A DNA stretch of 48,216 nt from Salpingoeca rosetta (lineage: Eukaryota; Protista; Choanoflagellata). The stretch covers positions 189,372-237,587 of the forward strand of contig JAWQFM010000033.1 of NCBI GenBank assembly GCA_033442325.1, written 5' to 3'. This document shows, piece after piece, positions 10,395 to 35,717 of the stretch. The notes beneath the pieces are model-generated. The model was not told the DNA's origin. It saw only the letters and a program-made list of their open reading frames with translations, and ran no database searches. The position numbers were made by a program, and so were the translations under genes. The stretch's first letter is position 1. The number at the start of each line of letters is the position of its first letter.

Positions 10395-11224
10395 TAGGTA
10401 CAATCCTCTTGACCCTTGTTGCATGTGGGTTGGCTTGAACGTTCCGTGCGTGCGGGTTTACCCGAACCCCCTGTGTTGTGCTGACATACCCACAGTCACA
10501 GCGTCGTCGTGATGACTGATAGTGACTGTAAGTCTTGTCTCTTTGTGTTCACTTGTACATGGCAGTGTTTCACGCACTCAAACGCGGATTCATTTGCTTA
10601 CTTCACACACCTGAGCACTTCTGCTTGAATAATTCTGCTCGTGGATGTACTACGTCGTGGTGTCACGATGGTAACGGTGGAAACGAAAGCAACGAAGCAA
10701 CACTCGCCAGGCAGGATAACAGAAAGGTGGAAGCGCACCAACGAGCTCAAAGTGGCTCAAAGAGAGGAGTTGCTTGGCACACACAATTGGGGGCGGGGGG
10801 ACAGAAGCTTGTGACACACACACACACACACACACACAGGCCGGAAAAGGTAACAGAAGCACAAGCGAATGGCAGACGAAAGCAATATAACACGGCTAGA
10901 CGTTGGAATGCAATTCACATGCACTTGGAAAGAAGCAAAGAGAATGTGACACTCTCATATGTGGCGGCGAGAACAGCGAGAGGAGAGGGTATCCAGCACA
11001 CGAGGGGATCGCGTACCACCTGAGCGAGCGAACAGTGCCATCTGGGCGTTGGAGCGCCGACGACATCAGGAAGTGCTGCGGAAGTGACAACGGAACAAAA
11101 CCACACACGCAAAGAAACAGAAAGGAATCGGGAGCAGGAGTGACGAAAGCCAACGGAAGTGGCAATGGCTGGAGCAAACAATTGAAAGTCGCAACAACAT
11201 AAGGCAAACAAAGTGACAGTACGA

Positions 11225-12705
11225 TCACATGAGGGCACAGCAGCCACCGCCCTGCTTCCTCTGAGCGTCGGCCGCAGCACGATATTCGTCAAAGCGCTGC
11301 ATGAACAGTCGCGCGTGCCCGAGACGAACACCCATCTCCTGCAACCGTTCCACGCTCACATCTCCAGCATCAACCAGCACAGTCAGCACGTCAAAGGTTG
11401 TAGCGCCGACGTGCGCAAGGGCACCTTCCACATGCATGCGCAGCTTGTTGACCGACAGCCACTTCTCAAACTCCGCGTCAAACACGATGCCAGCTTCCTG
11501 CTCGTTGTGCGTGTGTTGGGGGGGGGGGAAGAGTGAGGATGTGAAGACAAGCATACAATGGGGCGTTGCGTGAGGCCTTTCACCACATGAGCATACACAC
11601 GTGGGTACATGCACATACGCACCTGCACTGGCACACACGCGCAAACACACACCTGAAGTGAGGGTGACTGGGGCACTTGTGGGGACTGTGGTGTGGCCGG
11701 TTCAGACGGCTGCATCGGCTGGGAGGACTGCAAGCAACAGAAACACAAAGGACGCGATGTGTGAGTCCGTGAAGCAGGAAGGTGAGTCACAGCGAGACAT
11801 GAGATGCATAACACAGCAGTATTGCGCACGAAGGCGAAAACAACGCATGTACACACACACGAACACGCACACAATACCGTACCTGAGTGGATCGACGTGC
11901 AGTTGCTGGCTCCAGTGCTGCTTGTTCTGCACTCCTGGCAGAAGCGACGACCTGGCGCACCTTCTCTGCAATGTCGCGCAGCTGCAGAGTGCGGTCAACA
12001 GTGGCGTCCAATACAATGACGGCGTCGATGTCAAACAGCGACAGCACCGCCTCACGTACAGGTTTGTGGTTTTGTGGCGGCGGCAGATGCAGTACTTGTG
12101 TAAAGTACTGGTCGAGGGCTGATGCTGTCGCCTTGCTCACAACATCTGGTAACTTCATCGTCAGCTGCTTCATGCGGTCAAACGAGTCGTACTCGCCCAT
12201 CTCGGCGCGGCTCGTGCTGCCGCTGTCGCTTGTGTTGTGCCACACGCTGCCAACAACCACGGGCACGACACGGCGAAGCCGGATCAGGTCTGCGGCCTCT
12301 CCCTCACCTCCCCCTCCGTGCTTGCGCTGGTGCTCGTGCAACGCCAGCATCGTCATCCACTCCAGCAGCACGTTGTCGCAGTAGTCGCTGTGCTGCAGCT
12401 GCCTCATCTGCATGATGGTGGCAGCAGAGACGATGGGGCAGGCCACCAGACTCAGCCCAATCGCCGTCATGAACGACAGCTTGAAGTTGAGGCCCGTCTC
12501 CAGGTTGTTGGCGTCCAGAAACGCAACCAGGTTGCGCTGCTCCAAGCGCGGATGCAGCGCCATCACCAGCCCACTGCTGGCGCGTTGCCTGTGGTGATCG
12601 TGGTGGTGGAGGAGGGAGAAGGGGGATGTGAGGTGAAATGTTGTGCTGCAGCAGTGGTGGTGGGTGGGTAGGTGGGTGGAAGCGACGAACACACCACATA
12701 CTCAC

Positions 12706-12773
<68 letters not shown>

Positions 12774-14534
12774 GTCTCACCGGTAGCTGATGAAGACGTC
12801 ATACTTGTCCTGCAGGCCGAGAACGGGCAAGAGAGGGCCATACTTGGCGATCAGGTCATCGGGTGACAGCAGCTGTTCGTCTACCCACATGTCCTGCTTG
12901 CGCTTGTGGTGGTGCAGCACGTCCTCGAAGAACAGCAGCGTCTTGTCGTCAAATGGCAGCAGCAGGCTGCTCTTCAGCTCAGGGTAGCGCTCTCTTATGG
13001 CCTCGCTGATCATGGTGTGCAGCATGTGCAGCATGGCGCGTGGCTGCGCACTTGTGATCTTCATCTTGATGCCGCCAACAGCCGGCACAAGCTGCAGCTC
13101 AAGCTTGGTCGACTCCATGAAGCAGACGGCGTGGGTGCGGCTCAGCTTGGGCTGCTGGGATGCGCCGTGCTGTGCGTGCACCATCACGTGTGCCAGCACA
13201 ACGGTGAACAACCCCTCGGGCAGGAACGACGCGTGCCGTGCGTCTCGAGCACACACGCTCGCACTTCGCTTGAATTGCTTCAGGCTGAAGGTGACGTAGG
13301 CTGTCTTCTCCTCGTGCCCAAGATACGGGTTGACCTGCTGTGCTGCCGTCGTGCTAAGTGACACGGATGCCATCTCGCTGTTGTTGTGGCGAATCGTCAT
13401 TGGCAGGATGGCTGGGACCAGGTAATGCTGCTGCTCTGGACTGTTGCCCTTGCTGCCCTTGGCTGTAGCGTGGGCACCGTGGCCAGAGTTGGCGCGAGCA
13501 AGTGCCGTGCGGCTATCCACCAGCTTGGGTGGAGAGTACTGGATGCACAGCCCGTACTGCATCATGAGGCGCAGGAACGGCATCACCAAGTTGCTGTCCA
13601 CGTCCCCCCACAGTACATCAAGCAGACGGCGGTGCAGGATGCCGCGGTCAACAAGGTCGTCCCACAGCTGCGCGCCAACGGCCCTCGCCTCGCCATCCCG
13701 CACATCGTGATGCAGGTCAAAGTTGCGGATGACGCGCGTCATCATGTCCACCGCCCACTGCGGGCTAAGGATCACATAGTCCTCCATGCCTGGCACGCTG
13801 TCGTAGTACAGGACCATGGAATACAGGTGCAGGAACTGGAGGCAGGTCCGTGTCTCCTCACGTGTACGCAGCCCACATGTGCGCGCAATCTGGACCACCT
13901 CGTCAAACGTGAGCAGCGGCCGCTCCTCGTCGCGGGCGATGGCGTTGAGCTTGTCGTAGAGGTGGAGGTAGGGCACAGCCACCTCCTGGCTCACGTATTC
14001 CTGCGCTAAGGCTGTGGAGGAGATGGTCTGGCGCAGGTCCTGGATCATGGGATCATCGATGGACTTGGTGTTGTCAACGGGCCAGAACCACAGCCCGTGC
14101 TTGTCGTTGTGGATGACGCAAGGGAAAGCGGGGTTGTGGCGCAGGCGACTGTAAATGTCACGCGAGATCTGCTCATGCTCCTTCCGCTCGTTGATCCTGT
14201 CAGCGAAGGTGCCCACGATGAGGACGGGTGCGCCCTTTGCGTGGAGGTGAAGGGAGGAGAGCCAGTGCTCCATAAACTCCCACGCCTCTGTCCGCTTGCT
14301 CTCGTCTTGGTGTAACAGGTCCTCCATCGAGAACACCAGCAGGTACACGGCGTACCTGTTACGGGATGATTGGGAGTGGTGGGAAGGTGTGGGTGGGGGG
14401 AGCAAAAATGGGGTTGTTGAGGGGAGCGGTGATCAGCACACATACATACGCACACGCACACACGCACACACGCACACACGCACACACGCACACACACACA
14501 CACACAAGAACACACACACACACACACACACAAG

Positions 14535-14568
<34 letters not shown>

Positions 14569-15234
14569 CACAGTGACTCACCTGGTGAGGAAGAAAGGGT
14601 GGAAGACGTAGAAGGTGGACTGGCCGCCCAGGTCAAAGATCTTGAAGGAGACCTGCATCTTGCCTTCGCCAATTGTCGCATCAAAGTCCATGTCCTTGAT
14701 TGCCTTCTCCACCTCCTCCTTCGAAACGGATGGTGTGGTCACGGCAACGACGTCAGCATCGTCGTCACCAACGTCGGCGTGGCTGGAAGCTGGGTGCTGC
14801 TCCTTTGCTGCAGGCGTTGCTGTGGAGGCATCACGACCTGCAGCAGGTGCAGGCACGGCTGCGGTGGACGCCTTGTCGGATGATGGAGCGGAAGTTGTGG
14901 ATGTGCCATGGCCCTTCTTGCACTGCTTCTTGTCATCCGTCCTGGCCTGCTTCTTGGCCTGCTTCTTGGCCTCCTCGTGCTGTTGCTCGGTAACACGGGT
15001 GGCGTGCTGCGCCTGTGCCTTTGCTGACGCGCGCTTCAGCTCCTCGTCCACGCCGGCCTCGCGTGCCATCGCCGTGCCAACGAGACTGCGGATGAACTCG
15101 GACGTGCTCTGGTCGCTCTCCTGCACGAGATGTGGAACGGGGTGATGTGTGTAAGTGCTGGTGAACAATGACATAAGGTGGTGATTGACCAGGTGTTGGT
15201 GGAAGCAGGTGTTGGTACACGGTGGATGCACATA

Positions 15235-15284
<50 letters not shown>

Positions 15285-16890
15285 TCCAGTCGCACACTTC
15301 CATGGTGTGGACGGTGACCCTCATGTCGTTGGTGGTGGCGCCGAGTGTGGAGTGCTGCTGCTTGTTGAACGGCTTGCCCTGAAGCGAGTCCATAAGCGTC
15401 GTCTTGCCCGCGCGGCCCTGGCCAGAGACGCCCATCTTGGCTCGCCCCGCCATGTGCGTGTCGGAACGCTCCGCAATGTCCATCATGCGCGCCTGCACCG
15501 CCTCTCTGTGCACCTGTGTACATCGGCGGGGCATTGGCGATGGTGAGGAATGAATGGATGATGGTGGATGATGGCGGATGATGGCGTGCAAGACATTAAT
15601 TCGGACGTGTGTTGCAAGAGGTTAACACGAACAAATGCCTGAAATGGTGCGGCATGCCAAAGGTCAATGTGTTTCGTGTGCACGTACATGCTCAGCGTCT
15701 GTTGCGTCAGAAGCAGCGGTCGGATGCTGCTCTTGCCCGAGCCCTAAGATGGCGGTGATGTCGTGGAAATTGCGTTTTTGTGCGACCATGAACGGCGTTC
15801 CGCCCTGTGGAAGTTGGAGTGTGGAAATGGTGAGCAAGCACAGAAATAATGTTGACGGTTCAAGGAAGGTGCACCCATGATACATGCGGCCGCACCCTGG
15901 TGTTCGTGATGGAAACGTCTGCGCCTTCTGCGAGCAGCAGCTTCACAATGGCAGGCTGGTTGTGCCTGCAGGCAACGTGCAGCGGCGTGTCGCCCTGTGG
16001 GAACAAGGAGAATGGAAGGGCCAAGTGGTGAGAGTAGCAGTTGAGCCATTTTCATTGAACGATATCAGCAGCCCATGCACAGGAACATGTACACACAGAC
16101 ACAGTCACATACATGAGCACACACACACACACACACACACACGCTCACACACACTTGTTCATCCTGGTGGTTGACATGTGCATGGTCTTGCTTGATGAGG
16201 GAAGTGACAGCTGCGACGTCGCCATTCTTGCAGGCACCGAGCAGGCGCTCGTGTGGTTGCTGCTCGTTGTCTGCAGTTGCTTCTCGATCGGCGTGCATGC
16301 TCGTATGCTGTCGCATCTTCTGTTCTAGCGCCTCGTTGAAGGCGGTTTCGCTCCCATCGTCATTGGACCTGTGCTCACACGCAGACACACGAGATGAAGT
16401 ACAATCAGCAGAACACAGAACGCTGCAGTGCAAGGGGAGAAAGAGATTGTATCTATGCGACTGTGCAAATATGCATGCGAGAAGGAACGGCAGTAGAGCC
16501 AGGTTGGAGTGAAGCCGTGGTACTTCGAAACAACCATCACTGCGTTGCCCATGAGCAACCCCTTGTGGCGAAGCCATTCATGAGAGTTAGCTCGTTCGAA
16601 GACAACAAGGTAATCCAATGGTGCGCAAGGGCATTGCACGCTTTGCGGCGCTCAATTTAACCATACGCGAGTGCGTCTTCGTTCGGTCCCCCATTCAAGC
16701 GTGCTTCAATTAGCTTCAATAGCTGCGCGTTGCGACGGCGTTCGTGTGTAGTGGAGGTGACCCTTGAGTAGTCGACAAGTGGGGCCCCTGCACAGGCAAA
16801 GTCCAAGCTTGAACCGGCCGGTGGCTGCATGTATACAGAGAGAGTGTGTGTTTGTGAGTGAGTGTGTGAATGAGCGTGTGAGAGAGTATG

Positions 16891-16933
<43 letters not shown>

Positions 16934-17567
16934 TGTGTGTGTGTGTGTGTGACGATGAGAGTGTGCTGAAATTGAAATGAGGTGTTGAAAGTTTGTGTTG
17001 GAGCGGGTTTGGACTTGAAAAAAACATGTGGTTGCTGAAAGCAGAAGCGAGAACAAGATGAAGCGATAGCAAGATAGCAAGATGAGGCCACAACCACACA
17101 GCTGACTTCTTTGCGCGTCGTCTTGATGAAGAAAATAGGCTTGCGCAGCTTGTGGGCGTAGTGCAGCTCCGCGCGGCAAGAGGCTGACTCACTATACTCT
17201 GGTGAGTAGTCGATGATCACGAATGCAGACTCCTGAATGCCCTCGCCCTGCGTCTCAAGGATCGACTGAACGATACACGGACATGTCGCACGACACAACA
17301 CAACGTAACACACACACATACACACACACATACACACACGCGCGCGTTCAGCTGTTGTCAATCGTAATCAGGACAAGCCTCTAAGCCTGACAAGCAGCCA
17401 ACGCAAACACGTGTCCAGGAATACAGTACGAGTGCAATGTCACTGACCTTTCCGTCCAATTGGCTGTCGTGCCACACTTCGTAACCTGCGTGGGTGAGGG
17501 CTTGCTCCAACTTCATGAAGAGCCTTTTGTGAGGCCAACAGTAGGAAAGGAAACACTTGCGATTCAT
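11225..17567 (-). CDS. ROCO-family protein TIR-ANK(x3)-Roc-COR-TIR-SAM-like-CaaX, 12 exons, ~1421 aa
   Basis: Exons: 17567-17448, 17265-17107, 16824-16667, 16368-16155, 15994-15896, 15804-15688, 15513-15283, 15120-14582, 14355-12781, 12588-11883, 11727-11653, 11497-11225; all GT-AG and phase-consistent. TIR1 CFLSYCW...[32 protein letters not shown]. Roc GQGRAGKTT / HSTLG / FDLGGQ / [22 protein letters not shown]...VILSPQW. TIR2 YDVFISYR...FLDANNL...DNVLLEW. Ends CCALM. Confidence 0.85.
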
Positions 17568-18273
17568 TGTCTTGTGTCTTCGAGCTTCGTGTCGTGTGCT
17601 TGTGGTTGTGAGTGAAGCTTTCTCCGTGCACTTTTCGAGCCAAAGATTTTGACGATTTCTGCATGGAAAATTCTCGACGTGTCACATCACAACAGTGCTA
17701 TGTGTGGCGGCTCGTGTGTTGTGGAGTTGACCGGAGTGAATGAATGCTGTGAGGTCTTTGTTGTCGTTGTCAAGGTTCTTCTCAGGTTGTCAGGTCTTTA
17801 GGTCAGACACGCGAACACATGGCTCAATGGCTCGAGGGCTCTTGCTCAAAGCACTGCAGGAAGTCAAGTGCTGGAGAGCTTGAGAGCACGCCCCACACCC
17901 ACACAGCCGACATCGCACGATAGGCACCACAGCAAGAGCTAGCACCATCGAGCCACTGCCTCCAACACGCAGCCGCACTAGCGATCGCTTGCTTTCTGTT
18001 GTGTCGTGATTGTTGTGTCTGTGTGTGTGTGTGTGTGAGCCATCATCACATCGCCTCATGTCATGCTTCCATTATCCTTTGTCTCCTTGTGCAAGGTTCG
18101 ATCGTTTACATGGCACGCAATACACGTCGGTACAGTCGTTGTAACGCGTCAATCACAGTGCAGGCTCAAGCAACACATCATTAAAGTCATGCCGCATACG
18201 CACACTACGCGCGCGCGCTCTCTCTCTCTCACTCCCTCTCGTCTCTTCTTCTCCGTCTACTCTTCCACCATCA

Positions 18274-18618
18274 TCACTTGTCTTTCTTGCTCTCGCTCTC
18301 GGCACTGCGGCCACGCGACGCCGCTGTGACGGCTGTGGAGACGGCGGTGATGACGGAGAGAACGCCCGTGACGGCAGCTGCGATCACAGCACCAACGTTG
18401 TCCTTTCCCGCCATGGCTGCAGGCAGCGACGCCAGGCCAATGCCTGTAACGCAAACGTGCATGTTGAATGGAGGTTGGAAACAGCAGTGACAATGAACAG
18501 AGCCAAGATGGAACACGGCACCTACCAGTGTAAACCACGCACACACACATACACACACAAAAAAGCATACAAATTGCACCAAACACAGGCACGCATACAG
18601 AAATGTACAAAACACGAC

Positions 18619-18694
<76 letters not shown>

Positions 18695-19002
18695 TCATAC
18701 ACCCGCGCGTCGAACGCACCCGAGATGAAGACGACAATGGTTGCGAGCCATGGGCGGTTTGCCTCGTTCACGTCAACGACAAAGCGGCCAATGGATGCCA
18801 CGACGGTGGCGAGTGTGAGCGGGAAGAGGATAGTGTGCTCAATGTCGGGGATGATGTGCAGCGTGTGGCGAAGCGGGGGCAGGACCTTGGGCACATCGGC
18901 CAACTGCCGCGCGTGTTCCTCGCGCAACTCCTCTGCAACAAACAAGGAGGGAAGTAGGTGTGAGTGAGTGAGACGCAGGACCACAAGAGGGGTTTCTGAC
19001 AT

Positions 19003-19034
<32 letters not shown>

Positions 19035-19046
19035 TACACACACACG

Positions 19047-19078
<32 letters not shown>

Positions 19079-19240
19079 AGCAAGCAACCTCCCCCCTCCC
19101 TCTCGAACACACCTGGCGCCATGTCGAAAAAGTACGGCAGCCACCAAAAGTAGAGCTGCATGCTGAGGAAGAGAAACAACACTGGCATGAGAAGCGACGC
19201 AAACCCCGTCGGTAGGATGGACACGGCAGCCGCGGTTGAA

Positions 19241-19272
<32 letters not shown>

Positions 19273-19599
19273 GTTTTCAGCGTTGTCGCGTGGTACTCCT
19301 TTGTGGCGCCGCTTTGATGCCTCCTCTTTCTTTTGCCGGCGTTTCTTCTCCCGCTTCTCCTCGCGTTCCTGCTGCACCTCCTCCTCTGTTTCCTCCGGGT
19401 GCTCGTGGATGTATCGGAGCCAGGACAGCGACGCCGCCAGCATGAAGAGCGGAAAGCCGTTCACCAGCCCCGCCACGATGCGGTGGTTCATGGGCATCTC
19501 CGCGCCATCGTTCAGCGCCTTGTGCACCCCAAACACGTCCCACATCCACGCCGCAACCTCAAAGGCACCCAGCGCAATCAACAGCTTCACCGCAGCCAT
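18274..19599 (-). CDS. multipass membrane protein with C-terminal KKxx motif, 3 exons (19599-19113, 18932-18720, 18443-18274), ~289 aa
   Basis: Two phase-1 GT-AG introns. About six hydrophobic helices, a charged loop, a WWLPYF...KVLPP...PDIEHTIL motif, and the end sequence SKKDK*. Confidence 0.8.
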
Positions 19600-20038
19600 G
19601 ACGCGTGTTGCGCGATCGTGTGAATGAGCGAGACGAAGACGAAGAAGGTGTCTGCTTGTGAACAGTGGTGAGTGGTTGGTGTGTGCTGGTTCAGTCGTCG
19701 GCAGAGCAAGTGGCAGGCAGCGTCCACTGCCAAACAAACAAGCGCCCTTTGTTTGCGACGCGGTTGTGGAAAATTGACCATATTTTCATTCAACAATCGT
19801 CATTAATTTGAAAAACTTGGCGAGCGTTGTTGAGGCGGAAGACGTTGCAAACAAGGTGCGGTGCGGCGGTGTGGTGTGTGCAGGGTTGAAGGGATGTGAT
19901 GCAGGGATGGAAGAGGTGGTTGTCGCTGTTGTCGCTCACGGTGTGTGTGTGTGTGTGTGTGTATACGTGTGTTTGTTTGTATGCATCAGAAAGGGTCTTG
20001 GCGCAACAAAAGAAGCAGCAGAAGCTCCAACTTTCCAC

Positions 20039-26263
<6,225 letters not shown>

Positions 26264-26668
26264 TTTCAACACGTGTTTGTCATGCTTGTGTGTTTCGGGC
26301 CCTGCTCTGTGTTTGTGATGATTGATGTTCTCATCGTCTTCGTCTTCGTCTTCGCCAGTCCGTGCGTTGTTTGAAGCATCTGATTGGTTGGTGCTTGGGG
26401 TGTGCATGCCTGTCTTCTTCTTTTGTCTTGATTCCTGTGCATGTTTTTGCTTCTTCTGTTGTTTGTCACTTTGCTCGCTCATCTGCGTGTTTTTGTCTTA
26501 CACCAGCCACAACTAAACACTCACCACTTGGAAACGCAGCCACGCATACAGCAAGACACGAACACAGCAAGCAACCGAACTGACTCCAATCACTCAATGT
26601 CATTATTTGCATGTTTTCGTCCTGTTCCAAAGCCACACCTCGACACTCAGCCAATTGAAAACGCGCGT

Positions 26669-26718
<50 letters not shown>

Positions 26719-26745
26719 TCACTCACTCACTCACTCACTCACACA

Positions 26746-26800
<55 letters not shown>

Positions 26801-27708
26801 GCAACTGCACAACACGGACCAAATCGCCCAAGCAAACAAAACGTCAGCCAACCACCCAAAGTCGACGATTCCATGCACATATAGCTTGATGCATTGCCCA
26901 AACACTCGGGTCTTCAGCCTGTTATGTCTGCATCAGATCATGACGTCACTATCTTAAGTGCCGAAACGCGTTTGATTGGGTCGTGGCGTTGTCGTCATCC
27001 CCGTGCGCCAGAGCAACAACACTGTTGGCACGACAGCTGTTTCGCAACTTACCCCATGACTTTGTCCGGTTTATTGCTGTAAGCGTGCCTTGTGTTGTGC
27101 ACCTTGCGGCTCTGAACGCGGCCATGATGACAGCTGCTGTCACATGTCTGTGCAGGCTGTCTCAAGCACACAAGCAATTTGGTGCAGCCAATGTCCCAAT
27201 GATGTCCTTATGTCCCACGTCGCATGTGCGATCGCCATTTCCCACCTGTCACAGTTTCCAGCTCAAGCACTGCCAGAGCCCCTGTCAATCAGCACACCTA
27301 GGCAACTGCAGCACATGATCTCTCCGCCCACGACATCAAAGCCAAGCGCATCAGCACCACGTATCTTGAGGTGAGCACCTTCGGTCCAAAGAAGCAAGGA
27401 AAGAAGGAAGCAGCCATCAGATCGGATCGAAGCACCTGCCTCATCATCTCCCCCGTTGGACCTTCTTTCTCTTCAACGACATACACGAGACGATTCGTGA
27501 AAGGTGCGTTCGACGCGGCAGTAGGGTGTTTCTTTCTGCGTTCCTGTTCTGCTCTGACCCATGCGCCTGTTGCTCGTGAAGCCGTTCAGATTTGTGTGTG
27601 CGTGTGTGTATTCTCACTCTCATATGACATGTGACGGCACTGCCATGTGGAAGCACTGCCCCACTCCTCAATCGCTTTGACCCATGGTTCTGATGTCATG
27701 TCCTTCAG

Positions 27709-34810
<7,102 letters not shown>

Positions 34811-35717
34811 GATGTCCATATGTGTGTGTGTGTGTGTGTGTCTGTGATATGGAGCTGGACCTAGGTACGATTGAACACGGTCGGTGTACGGTGTACCCCT
34901 CCCTCCCCTGCTGTATGCTCGTCTGGCGTGAATTCATCTTTCATCACGGGCATCGCCGCCCCTTCCCCTCCCTCTCCTTCCCTCTCTGCACATCGCATGA
35001 TTATCTTGATCCCTTCGCCGCTTCCTTTCACTGGTTTTACATTAGATCGACAAGTCCCCCCACTCTATGTTGAATGTTGTGCATATTGCTTCTATGTTCA
35101 AATGTTTGCTTGCATGTCTGTATCAATCGTTTGAATGTGCTGCTTTGAATGCTTGTCAGGCACACTCTCTCTCTCACTCGCAAGGCTGTCGTAGTCATGT
35201 AAGGTGTAACTGCTGTCAGTTCAAGAACTTGCTTTCATGTTGTACTTTGTAACGTAACTGTCATTGTCACTGATCGATAACCAACCAAAACATGAACAGT
35301 AAAGACACGCTGGGAACACAAGCAGAGCAAGGGGACAGTGCGAACGGAGGAACGAACGAAACGAAGTGACGTGACAAGAGAGTTGCAAGGTAACGTGAGG
35401 ACGAAACAGGTAGGTCCCTGTGGGCGCAAAGAAGGCATCAACGAATGGTGGTGGAATGTTGTGAAACGCAAGGGCAGAAGCGAGCACACAGAAGCATGAC
35501 GGTGGGTGGCACTGATCTGTGAATGCAATGAAAAAGGGTGGATGGCGATAGCAAAGAACACAGCAGAAGTCACACGTCGCATCATAACAGCTGCCAGAAA
35601 CGAAAGAAATGAAAGACATGAAAGAAACGAAAGACACCCACAAGAGAACGAAAGACATCCCAACGGAGCCACGTCGCAGGGTTGATTTCCTTCAGCATTG
35701 CCGTCGTCAATCTTGTT

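Noticed and set aside
27298-27590. Short minus-strand ORF containing DLMAASFFPCFFG, faintly patatin-like
   Set aside because: Too short, with no catalytic motifs or convincing exon chain.
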